From Amoebophrya sp. A120 (Eukaryota; Protista; Dinoflagellata), in the NCBI GenBank assembly GCA_905178155.1, contig CAJINV010000001.1:16182142-16246141 (forward strand): 64,000 bases of DNA, given 5' to 3'. The notes below the pieces were generated by a model. It worked only from the letters and a program-made list of their open reading frames with translations, did no database searches and was not told where the DNA came from. The position numbers were made by a program, and so were the translations under genes. Every line of letters starts with the position of its first letter. The stretch's first letter is position 1. This document shows positions 39,301 to 51,639 of this stretch, one piece after another.

Positions 39301-41222
39301 CGACGACCACGGAAGCGCCGGGAGCCGACGGCTCGGGCGCCGCTGCGTCGGAGGACACCGGGCTTAGTGGCGGGGCCATCGCGGGTATTGTGATTTCCTG
39401 CGTGCTGCTGGTGCTGATCCTCGCCGTGGTGATTGTTTTGTGGTACCGAAACAAATACTTACGCGACCAGCCAGGCGAGGACTTCCTGCACATGCCGCGC
39501 ATGTCTCGCAAGTACTCGGAGGATGACGTGGAAATCGTGCAGGAGGAGGAGCCACGGTACCTGCTGCGCAAGTGGTTCCACATTTTGATGGAAGTGGACC
39601 AGCCGCTGACGAAAACTTGTGTGTTCTGCTGCCAGAGTCCCGAAGACCTTGCCTGTACGGAGCTGCTGTGCTTCCGTGACTCGGGGGAGGTACCCGCGCC
39701 CGAAACCACTTTCCCCGGGCGGCTGCTGCAGCTGGGCACCGCGCACTACGGACGCGTGCAGCCGCCCGCGGCGGGCAGCACCCTGTATCTGGTCGACAAC
39801 GCGTTCGGACGTCCGCTTCCGCGGAATATCTACAATTCTGGCGCCAACGCCGATTTTGAGACACGCGACGAAATGGACAGTGCTGGAGGGATAGGCGCTG
39901 TTTCTGATGGCACAGCAGCTCGTTCGGAGCATGCCGATGAAAACAATCTGTTCCACTTGACCGGCGAGCAGGAGGCCGGATCAACACATCTCGGGGAACA
40001 GCAGATAGTGCAACCAGGGGGGGACCTCGGACCATCCGAGGAGGCACACCTCCCAACGTTGCTGGACGAGCGATACGAAAACGCAGACGGGTCGTTCCCT
40101 CGCGAGCCGCAGCAGGGCCCCCTGGCTGTGGAGAAAAAACGGTCGGGCACGGTTCCGCGAATGCAGTTGGCCGTGTTTGTGTCGCGATCGAATCCGGACG
40201 TCCGCATCACATGCTGCAACTACTGCATCAAGTTGGTCAACACGGTGTTCCGGGGTCCGAACCCGGACGACCCCGACGAGTGGCGCAAGTTGAGCGATGT
40301 GGACATCCCGCCGGACGAGATCCAGCGGCTGGCGGACGAAATCCTGGTTAGCCAGCAGCCTGCGCTAGCGGACGGGCCGCTGCTGGAGCCGGCGCCCTCT
40401 GCGGACGGCGGGGGCTGGTGGCCGTCGTGGTTGTTCGACGGCGGTGGGTGGAAGCAGCCGAGCCCTCCGGTGGTTGGAGGACAGGTGGACACCTTCAATC
40501 TCACCGGCGCCGCGCGGCTTGCCCCGGTGGCCGCTATACAGGACGCACAAGGTGGTCCTGCTTCCGACGGACAGCGAACATTTGCCGTGGGAGACGCAAC
40601 GAGCAATGTCGCCGCAGGCACAACGGAAGCAGTTGCTGCTTCTTCGTTCTATCAGAAGGAGCCGTCGCCGTTGCGCAGCGAGCAGGGCAGCAAAATGCCC
40701 TCGCCGATCGTGGTAGACATGCAGTCCCCGGTAGAGGGAGGCGTCACAGGTGGACCAGAACAGGGTGTCGTCGCATCCTCGGGAACTTCGGGGGAAGCAG
40801 ATGCAAACCCAGAGATGGTTCTCGACGATGGTGGTGGAGGCCACAGTGGGGGAGCCGGGGTGGGTGCCGACGCGGCGCCGGGGGAGCACGGGCGTAAGAC
40901 CCAAGCGGAATCGGAGAAGAAGAAACGCAGACTGCGGAAGAAGCAACGAAAGACGGGAATTGGGCAAAACATCTTTGCGGACCACGACCAGCCGCCCGGA
41001 GGGGCGAGCAGTCCCGACAACCAAAGCACCAGCCCCACCGGTGGTCGGCGGAGTCGACGACGGAAATCGCGGGCGGCAGGTGCGGGCACGGAAGAAAATA
41101 CCGAGAGACCACGCAGACTAAGTGTGCGTAATAAGAACATCGAGCCACGCACGGAGCGCCGTTCCGCATCGGGGCTGCGCGTATCCACGACTCGGACTGG
41201 CGACAACGCTTCAGGGTCCTGA
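27335..41222 (+). CDS. Giant (~4,400 aa) type-I membrane/surface protein; exons 27335-29694, 29870-32330, 32525-~38640, ~38832-41222
   Basis: N-terminal hydrophobic signal-like stretch (LAAWALLAWFPAGVGG); Cys-rich modules; LamG/ConA-like motifs (FSLELYFK, WQLLSLV, IRFYVN, LLDEVRIF); ILFTTDLSDP Fn3/chitobiase-like motif; SEA-like FSTGSLVI; TM LSGGAIAGIVISCVLLVLILAVVIVLWY followed by basic residues; introns 29695-29869 and 32331-32524 are in-frame GT-AG. Confidence 0.8.
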
Positions 41223-42426
41223 AAGCAGTGGCACGAAAAAATAGATGTGATGAATAACAAAAGGCATCAATAGGTGAAGTTTGAGAATGTTTGCGCATTC
41301 AGGTCAATTTTTTGCTTTTACAAAATCATCGACTTTGCACGACAAGCTGACACTGTTCGATTCATAACGCCAAGTAAGTGTGGGTATTTCATACTGAAAT
41401 ATCAGCGCTGCTCGCAGCTTAGACGTCTACGCATTCGCAGAAAGAAAGTGCTCGCAGTGTCTGGGCGTGCGTGATAGTAATGTGGTTTCGTACAAATCAT
41501 GGAGGTTGTAGGCATTCCAGTGAGATAGAGTTTGAGTAGCCAAAGGATGCGTTGCAGCAATGTGAGAAAAGTAGAGGAGTAAAGAAGCTTGCTTTTGTTG
41601 CTTCGGGTTTTTTGGAAAAGCACTTGATACAAGTTAGCCACTGTGGAAAACAGGGACATGATGAACAGTGTATTTGGCCTAAATAGTTGATATTATTTAG
41701 CGTTCTGCTTATTGCAAAAGAATACAATAAGAAAGTACGTCATCAAAATAGTGCAAGAATATAGTTGCAGAGGAGCCGTCCTTTTTGCGGACAGGAAACT
41801 ACAAGCAGAAAGAAATTACTTTATTTGAAGTTGTCTTACCGTGCGGCAAGCAGGTAGTGTCCAAATTTCCCGCAGGAGGGACGACGAAAGCACCGACAGA
41901 ACACTTGCAGCGCAGACTCAGACGGCCAAAGATCTTCTTTACCCGATCCTGATTTCATCTTGATCTCGTGTTTTTACTTATTCGCGTCGGTTTTAGAAGG
42001 AGTGTGTGTGTATCAAGGTCTTGCAGGCAGTGGACCCCATGATATGTTGACTTTTCGCGAACGAGATCGCTAGTTTCGGAAGTCCGCTCGGCGTCATATT
42101 GATGTGGATCCCATGGTGTGCTCATTATGTCGATGTGGCGACGAATTTGTGTAGCTAGCATGAGCAATTTGTTCTGTGCTCGGTAGTAACTCGACTTCAG
42201 GAAGGATTGGTTCGTACTAAGTAGCTGTACGCGCAACATTGAATTTGCTTCGAGGTTTACTGAAGATCTATCAACATATGCGGGTGTAAGTATCTTGTCC
42301 TTTACAGCATTGTTCTGTTCTGACTAGAGTAAACAGCGGAAAAAGGTTTTGTTTGTTTTGATTCTTGTTTGATGCATAAAGACGAATTTTTCACGACCCG
42401 AGACGGAAAAGAAACTGCGTTGCAGC

Positions 42427-43431
42427 ATGGGCGGACAGGTTAAGAAGGACAACTACAAGTCCTGGGGTCCCCCTGGAGGAGGGTACTGGGTATGGAAAGG
42501 CAAGAAGGGGAGCGGCAAGGGCGGTGGCAAGAAGGGAAACAAGGCTGGGAAGGGGTGGGAAATGCAGATGTCCAAAAAGATCACGAAGTGGTTGCGTTAC
42601 AACATGCGGGACGAGTTCCCTGAAAACGAAAGTAATTGGGTACACCACACCGCCGTCCCCGGGTTTGGAGAGGAGTTTACGGAGCCGCAGCTGCGTGCTA
42701 TCATCAAAGCTGACCCGGACCACTTACACGCCTGGGACCAGTATGATAAGGAGGATAAGGAGAGAATGGACATGGGAGAGGAGCTACGGAAGTTGAAAAG
42801 TGCGGGCACATTCCTTCATGGTTGCTTTGTTTTTGCCAGATGCTCTTACTCAGTCTGACTTGACGTTCGACCGTTATTTTGTGAATTACCAATCTTCCTC
42901 GTAGAAGATGCAACGAGTTTTTACGGACCGGTCAGAAAAATGTGCCTCGTATCTACCAATGAATGCAATTACGTTCGTTGATGATGAGAATGCTCTGCTC
43001 TTGCGGGGAGATCTACTAGAATTCATTGCTTGGTGTAAAAATAAGAATGTCGCGTACTTTTCGGTTGCATAAGGGGGACCGCCAACCGGATTGTACGTGC
43101 GATCAGTGAAGAAGAACAAGATCGAAACCAAGGGCAACGACCTGGACGCGTACTGGAAAACCGTTGACATTGCCTACGCAGTCAAGAACCGGAAGGAAAA
43201 GGAGAGGGAGGCTCTGGAGGAGAAGGTATCTTGATATGATTCCACTTTTTGTTTGGTCGCCTACCTAAGAGTACCTACTAGGTAGCGGAAGTTACCGCTC
43301 ACTTGTTGTGCTCTTCTTCCTCTATCTATGATGAGCGTCTGTGTCGCTCGCAGAGAAAGTTCCTATGGCTGCATTAGAAATTGCCATACATTCAACACGT
43401 ACAGGAGAAGGAGAACGCTGCGGAGGAGTGA
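42427..43431 (+). CDS. Gly/Lys/Trp-rich protein with a divergent Tpt1/KptA N-terminal-like segment; exons 42427-~42799, 43074-43225, 43405-43431
   Basis: MSKKITKWLRY, NWV, LRAIIKAD, DKERM and GLYVRS loosely match Tpt1 SKxLSxxLRH, GWV, KxRF and IRA; introns join in frame. The gene is well supported; the family call is tentative. Confidence 0.6.
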
Positions 43432-44507
43432 AATCGTGCCCATCTTTTGGAAGCTTCGACCTGTGACAATACATTAGTGCACCCCCGCACCGTCTCGACG
43501 CAAATTTGGTTCACTATCGGCAAGTTGTGCGTCTGTGACTCTAGCTAAAACTATTGTAATAGGCAAAACTACAATTGGGCATTTCATAAGGTGACCGGTT
43601 CAATGCTGGATCCGCTTGCACGTCGCAGTGTTCATATGTAAGTGCAGGCTTCAGATCCGAATCAGTCTTCACAGCACATTGCGCCTCTGATGGCGTTCTT
43701 CAAAACTTGAATCGGTGGACTATTGCTAGTCTTTGTAGTTTTCTGCCGAGCTGCCGATCTCGATCGGTCGTTCCCCAAGAACCAATATTGCTGCCGCCAA
43801 GCCGTGCGATCGATACTCGATGAAATCGGTTCCCTCGTGCTGTGAACATGCGACCATGTTTATCTTTTCGGTTGTTTCGTTCACCGAACAGAATATCTCG
43901 GTTTGAATCCCGGAATTTCTTGTCGGTATATTCAAGTAGAACATTTTTCGTTCGTTCAGGTGGAAGGTTTGTCGTGCAACTCCCTCGTTTTTCTCACCGA
44001 CCATCTGCAACCGTTCGCAATTACGATTACCTATTTACGTAGACGTGCCCACCATTGTCGTGCGAAAAACAAAAAGAGATGCGCTCTCGTTCTACAACTT
44101 ATTTCACTATTTTTACGACCATAGTACGAACAAAACCAAAACAGTACTGTCTCAGTGCCAGAACATCTACTCTACCCTGCCCTGACATACGCGTACATTA
44201 TGGTTGTAATTAGTCCGACTTGTGCCCGCGAAGAAAAAGCGAAGGATGGCGAGGCTGAAAATAAAAGTCATCCAGCACAGCAGCGAAAAACTGTTGACTA
44301 ATCACTCGCCTGAGATTCAGCTTTAGAAAGTACACAGGGTCTTCGTGCAGAGGCACTGCGGGCCTAATGCCAGTGCTGCGATTCAGCAACGCTCCTGCTG
44401 CGACTGCTAATTCGCGGCGGTAAAAATCATCGGCAGCTCCAGTGAAGCCGCTTGGTAGCGACAAGCAAGTACCGAAGCGGGATCCTCGACTCCGCAACCA
44501 CGCCGCC

Positions 44508-47500
44508 ATGGCTTCGGCGCCGGAGACCAGCACCTCAAGTGGGGGGGGGCAACGGCAGCAGCAGGGGACTATGAAATTAGAAACACGGAAACAGCGTCGG
44601 CAGCGCGCGCTCGCGGTCGCGTACAATATCCCCCGGGTGACGAAGACGATTCCCGATTACTCGCAGCAGCCGGAGGGGCGACGACACCACACGCTGGTGG
44701 GGGGCGTCGGGTATACCACGCTGGCGCGCGGCGAGCGAACCAAAAGCGTGCGGCTTGCGAACCAGCAGATGCAACTGGAAGCGGATCGGCCCGCGCTGGA
44801 GGAAGAGACCCGGAGCGACGCAGTGCTCGCGCGGCTCTGCCGAGCTTGCGGGGAATTCATTCCCGAGTCCGAGCCGTTGATGCGGGGCCACGAAACAGAT
44901 GTCTTCCACGCGCGCTGCTTCCAGTGCGCCTGCTGCAGTGTGCCATTCTCCGACGCGCAACCCTTCTTCACTAGCCCGACCAAGTTTAGGCCCTGGCGCC
45001 CGCGCTACGTCCGGTTTGAGGACCTCGAGAAACCGCACCCGTACATGTGCGCGGACTGCGAAGACCGAGAGGACGATTTTCACGCGAAATTTCGCAGCGA
45101 CTTCTTGCCCAGCGAGGCCGAACGTCTGGCGCAGGAGTTCGGCGGCGCCAAACCGCGGGTGTGCGACCTGACGAAGAAACTGCCTGCGCTCGAGGGGCCG
45201 CTGGCGGACGCGACGTTCCGGCGGCAAGAGCTGCTGCTGGTGAACAAAACCTTCGACATCCAGGTGGACCCGGCTGCGGTCATCTGCAAGGTGTGCGACC
45301 AGACGCTGCAGCAGGTGCGGGCGACGTCGTCCGCCGACAAGTGGCTGGCGCAGACCGATTCCATCCTGCGCGACGCCAAACACGCGGAGCGGATTCTGCG
45401 CCACGAGTTTATCTGTCTGAACTGCGACCGAAAGATGGACGAGGACGCTCGCCGCCGCGAGGAGGAGGCTGCGGCGGACCGCGCCGCGAAGTTCCAGAAG
45501 GAGGAGGCCGAGCGCCGGCTGCTGCAGTCCAAGTTGCAGGCGTCGACCGCGCCTCCGGAACCGGAGCCGGAGGTGCTGGCCGCGCGCCGGGAGGAGCTGC
45601 AGCGCCTCACGGCTGAGATGCAGGGCCGGGATGCGGAGCGCGAGAAGCAGTGGCTCGCGGCCCACGTGCCCACCGAGGACCAACTTTTGATCGCCCTGGA
45701 GCGGGCACCGCACGTGCTGCAGGGCTACGTGCTCGCGAAGCAGGAAACCCACGAACACTTTCAGCGGTTACAGACCTCTTTGCTCGAGAATGCGAACACC
45801 CAGATCGGGGCCAAGTACACCGAGAATCTGGCAAAAGACCACTCCGTGCTGTATTGCGAAGTGGAAACGGAGCAGCTGCGGTTCTCTCTGGCCGAGCAGG
45901 TGGGTCTGCTGCAGCAGCAGTCGCGGGACGCGAAAGACGCCCTGATCGCGGACTACCAAGCAAAAGCGCCGCCGCCCGGGCCGCCGGCCCACCCGGCGGA
46001 GGACGCGCGGCTCCTAGACACGCGCATGGACGCGCAGCACCTCATTCTGGAGGGCGACTACGTGGAGTTGCTGGTAGCCAAGAAGTCGTACAAGTACGGC
46101 ACGATCTTCCCTGTCGGGAGCAAGGCCGTCGTGCGGCGCGTGTTGTACAACGTGCCCATCCGCGGGCAGGCGGAGGACGAGAACGCGCTGGCCGCGTCCT
46201 CACAACGGGACGAGGAGACGCGGCTCGCCTCGATGCGGCAGCACCGCGCGCAGCGGCGCGAGGAGCTGATGATGCTGAGTCAGAAGGGCTTGGCCGAGCA
46301 GCTCGAAGAGGCCAAAGCGGAGAAGGTGCAGCGGCGGCAGGGGCCGCGGGTCAAAATTCCGTTTCGGGGGGAGATGACAAGCAAGGACTACGCGGGCACA
46401 GTGTCCGGAGAGGCGGAGGTGTCTCTGCAGGAAATTTTTGAGACGGACGTGAAAGAAGTGTACTACGAGGGCAGTAGGCCTCCTTCGACGCGCGCGTCGC
46501 GTCGGGCCGGGCTCAAGAACGTGCAGCGGGCCTACTTGCTCTCGTTCTTGCCCCCCGGGTTGGATCCCCGAAACCCGGACTCCTTCAACCCCTTTCGGCC
46601 CGGTTTCCCGGAGCAATACAAGGGACACGGGATCTTTCGGGACCTGGAGTGGTACTGTGGCGACGGTTTGTATCTGGACGGGGGCAAGATGAACAAGCAA
46701 TTTCTCACCAAGAACATGTGGGTCCGCAAGGTCGACATCCAGAAGTACGCGGGGGCGTGGGACCCGGTCACCGGAGGCAGCGGCGTGCAGCCGCTGTTCC
46801 GCCCCCTGGGTGCGCCCGGGGGTGGCCGCAGCAGCGCCGGGCCGCTTGTTCCGGGAGGAGGCGGATTGACGCTGGAGAACGTGCTCGCGCAGCTCGCCGC
46901 GGCCGGAGACGGGACGTCAGATCCGGTGGTGAACAACATGCGGGCTTCGGAGCTGATGCGTTACATCGTGCAGCCGTGGCAGGCCGGGCCGGACGCGGCG
47001 TCGAAGCCCCCCAAACGGAGCTACGGGGTACAGTACGACCTGGAGGAGCCCGGACGAGTCTCGACGCGCAGCGCTGGTGTCGGTCCTCGGGAGCGGTCGG
47101 TAATTGATACGCTGCAGGAGCTAGGCGTGCAAGCGAGCCCCGCCGCCCTGGAGGTTTTGGCGGAGCAGGTGAGTCAGGTGCTGGATGAAATGACCGAGGA
47201 CGGGGGAGGAGCCACAAGTAAAAATGCAGTCGCGCCGAACGCCGGTGCCGGTGCCGCGCCACTGCCCGCCCGGCAAAGCGGAGCAGCGCCGGTGACGCGA
47301 GAGAGTTCGTCGTCCGCCGCTGCGGCCGTCGTGGACGAGATAATGGCCCTACCCGCTGCGGAGGTTCCGGACGTGCTTGCCGCCGTGGAGGAGATCGTGC
47401 AACAACAGCCAGAAGCGGCCGCTCAGGTTCTTGCAGCAGTGGAGCAGCGACTGTCGCAACCAGGAGACCTGGCAGGAGGCCTGCCACCAGCGGAGATACC

Positions 47501-50500
47501 GCCACCCCCGGTGGCGAGGCGGAGCAGTGGGCGGGCAGCTGCACCTGGTTCGAATCAGGGGTGGCCCGGCTCAAATGTGGTGCCGCAAGGTCCACCATCC
47601 GGCATGGGGGTGGTCCGTGCGCCCTCCGCTGCGCCCGGGTCGCAACAATCTCCGATCATGTCTCCATCCAATCCCTCGGTCTTGCGGAATTCCAGCAGGG
47701 GCCTAAAACAGCTCGCAACGCCTACGGAGGCCGAAAAGGTGTCTTTACGTCCGACCACACGCAATGTAACGGAGCTAAATCACGACGGCATACCAGGAGA
47801 ACGAGCTATGTCACTGCGCACTGGCGCGGGGCAAAACGAATACTCGCCAAAACCGTCCGTCCTGGAGGGGATGCCAAACCTCAGGTAATCATACGATATT
47901 TCTTCATTGATGAAATTCATGTAAGTAGTATTTTCCCACGTTGGGTTCGATTTTTCACAGACGAGACCTTTTATTCGGAGCTCATTTTTCACATTACGAT
48001 TACGAACTGAGCCGGACGAAATTTCTTGTGCTTGATCCATGTTTCAGGAATTTTTGGATCTTTTTTGCTTACTGTCTGCGATGTTCCTTGTGAAGCCTGG
48101 GTTCACTTTGTCTTTTTTGATCACCTGACCCTGAGCAAACTTCAACGCAAATGACGATCACTGACAGGCCGACGGACAGGATACACAGGAGTATTGACGA
48201 CGAGGCACAGTATCCGCGAGCCCATTCTCTGCGCCCCGTCGAGGTCTCACCTAATGCGTCGGCGATCGCTTCGGAGCAGGACGGGCGGCGAAATTTGTCT
48301 TTGCGCAGCGTGTTCCCGAAGCTAACCGGAATGATGCAACAGCGCCCGTCCGCGACCGAGAGTCCCTTTCACAACGCTCCAGCGCTGAAGGAGCGCTTTC
48401 TTTCTCTGAAACAGTCCCTTCTGGGAAAAGACCCCACAGCTGATGCCGATAGAAATGGAGGCCCCGGGGGGCGGCGGAAGTGGCGCATCATTGCTCTAAT
48501 GGGTGCTGCCATGCGGGGCCTCGGGCGCGTCGCCGTCGGCATCGACGAGATTGCGCCTGAGCAAGCAACTCATAAGCAAGAAGCGAACGCCCAGGACGAT
48601 CTCCCGTCTGGACCGCCGCAAATGCGAAACCAGACGTTATCAGGTGACGCCGCGTTTGTGCCAGAATCTCTACGAGAGAGCATGCCGCCCGGTACAAATC
48701 AATTGGTTTCTGGAAAGTAAATGAGTTTATCTTTTTTCCGCTTATCTTGCTTATCTAGATTCATGCTACTGTGAGGCTGGGAAGACGACATTCATTTCGC
48801 ATGCTCAGTATCCATGAGGATGCAAAATAAAATTCGGATTTCATACGAAAACGACAGACGCGAAGATCACGGTGCGAGAGAGGATTCGCACGAACCGAGG
48901 CGTGGTCGGGGGAAGCGTTAGACAGTTAGCTACGCAGTTCGAGGAGCGCGACTTGAATCCGTACCCTGAGCTATCGCTGTGAAAAAAGTGTACCCGGAGT
49001 GCCATGTTTGCATTGTCGCATTTGAAGGATATTAGCAGTTACAGCTGATCTCTGTTTTCTCCGAGGAGGACCTTCTCCTTCGGTCTGCTTTTCGAGATTA
49101 TAGCACCCCGGGCACAGTTTTCATAGCGATATCAGCCTCGCGCACCCCGGTCTACGCGTGCCTCTGTAGCCTCGGTCGGGAATACCGCTGACGGGCTTGC
49201 CATGTTGGCCGGTGCCCTGCAAAATGACGCTTTGGCGCGCAGCTCGACCGGCTCCTCGCTCGCAAGCCAAACGCTGGTTGCGGACGCGGCGGCTCGGGCG
49301 AGCCAGGCCCTGGCCCGCGATGCCGATCGGCCTTCCCGTGGTGGCAGCCCGATTCTGCACAAGCAGCTGACGCACGGTGCGCCATCGCTTGCCGATATCA
49401 GTGCCGCTCTTGACGAAGTCCAGAAGAGGAGCTCTTTGACGTCCGCCGAACGGTATGAAAGCGGTTTGGTGGTTTGGTTCGAAAACTCAGCCAAAAACGG
49501 ATCTTTTGTTTTGGCATTGGGTATGTACATCAATCATGCAAGTACAACTTGAGGACGAATTAATTTCATGGGACATCAGTGGCGTAAGTACAGCTGCACC
49601 GCATCAGCTCACATATTATATTTGCAATCAACAACCCAAAGTCGAGCTCCCTGCGACGTTGGTTGTCGTTTCTAGGTACACTTTCGCATTTCCGTACCTT
49701 TAAGTGTAATATCATCATGAAAGAAATAAAGGATGCCATCGAGCTAAATAAGGACTATGGGTGGGCACACAACAGAGTGAATCGGGAAAAAAAAAAGAGC
49801 AAAAGATCCCGGTTATACACTTGACGTTTTTGCAACCGTGAGATTTTCGTTGCATAGAAGGATGACGAACTCGAACGGGACCTCCAACGCCAGTGGGTCA
49901 GGAGTGTTTTCCAAGGCGACGACGGGGTTGCTAAGCAGCCTCAAGGCCAACGCGGCAAAGGTCTCCGGACAGTTCGCAAAGCTGACGACCCGCGATCGTC
50001 TCACGGACCAACGCGATCGGCTCACGGACCAGCAGAGTTTGATTAAGATGTCGCGGCAGAGCCCTTCTCCTCTGCCGCATGCGGATGTTGACGCCGATGC
50101 GGCGGTCGCCGCGTTTGAAAACCAATTTGCCATGACCCCGGCGGCACAGGCTGCGTTTGCGGAAGAGAACTACGTGCAACTGGCTGAAGTGACAGGGCCA
50201 CTGGCCTCCACGAACGCGCCAACCAGCGCCGCCTTCGGCGGCTCCGCTTCTGCGCACGAGCCGGTCTCGTTGGGTGACGTGATCGAGGGAAATTATGACT
50301 CTGGCAGCCCAGGGCAACTACAAGGCTACAACCCGTATCGCGGCTGGACGGGGTACTACAAGGGGCCGGCGCTTCCGGGCTTCGGCAAGGGGGGCGGGGG
50401 AGGCCCAATCAGCGCAGGCAGTCCCGACTACTCAGCTGGGAATGGGATGGGAGCAGTCGCTGCTGCAGAAGAGCCGCAGTCGGAACACCAGTTTGTCGTG

Positions 50501-51639
50501 TACAACAACGGAGGCTACTACCGTCCAGGCTGGACGGGGTACTACAAGGGTCCGGCGCTCCCGGGCTTCGGCAAGGGGGAATGGGGCGCCAACTGGCGGG
50601 GCAGCGCGGCGGAGTTCGCTTTTCAGTCCGGGATAGATGACTCGGTGGACCGCATGTCGGGCGCCACGGTAAGGAGCGGAACCTCGCAGGCCACGGGTTG
50701 GTCTCCCGCGGGCGGCAAGAACCGTAAAAGCTACGATCGGTTGCTCGACACTACGCGTACCGACGGGGGCGCAAGAGCAAGTCTGCAATCCGCCGCGGGG
50801 CGTGGACAGCAGAGCAACGCCATGATCGGCGGCCAACAACTTCTACCGCCGGGCAACTACAGCTACGACCCCACTCCATTTGTTCAGGCAGACCCGGGGA
50901 GCTTCGCGGGCCCTGGCTCTCAGATGGGGGGCAATACAGACCTTAGCAGCAACGCTGTCGACGGCGCTTCCCCGGCGAATCGGGGCAGCTCCGGCCCTTC
51001 GACGGTGGTGGTGACGTTCAGCGATGGACACGAAGAGGCCGTGGCAAACCCTGCCGGCGTGTATGAGTACGCCAGCAGTAATCTGTGGTGGCGGATCACC
51101 GTCCTACCGAGCCTCGAGTCTTGGCTGAACTTATCGACTGCAAACTACCGGTCTGGCTCACGAAGAAGCTGCTACGTCGATACATGACGCCAGAGCTACT
51201 TGCAATTTTGCATGAAAATTACACGGAGGTGCTGATTTCACCTCGCACAACGTGCGCTTCGGGCTGCGCGGCTCCCGCACGATCGGCACCGAAGCAGAAG
51301 TCATGCTTTTGCCAAATGTCTGCATGCAAGGCGTACACAAGTACATATACTTTTTGCATCATTTATTCCCAGTCAGTCCGCGAAGTTTGTGCAGGATAAA
51401 GCTATGGGTATTACGATTCTCGAGAGGCTGCGGAAAGCCAAATGGTGTACCACGAAGGCGAGTGCAGCCTGTCTTTGCTGTTTGTGTCCAAGGCGGCGGT
51501 CGAGTTTACACTGGAGCGAGTGGACGCAACCGACAGTTTCCGACGGAGCTGTGGGCAGACGTTCCTGGTCGCCTGCCACCCCGAGACGGGCGAGCTGCTC
51601 CCCGACAAAGCGCGCATGCTGCAGCTTGTACGCAGCTGA
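44508..51639 (+). CDS. Large LIM-domain protein with coiled-coil and low-complexity regions; probable exons 44508-47884, 48168-48691, 48858-48960, ~49127-49452, 49858-51150, 51402-51639
   Basis: LIM pattern CRAC...FHARCFQCACC...MCADC, a further CKVC...CLNC pair; most junctions are in-frame GT-AG; the 48960/49127 junction is unresolved, so this could be two genes. Confidence 0.75.
50342..50579 (+). repeat. Intragenic duplicated motif GWTGYYKGPALPGFGKG (two copies, ~51 bp)
   Basis: Near-identical DNA at ~50342-50392 and ~50528-50578. Confidence 0.9.
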
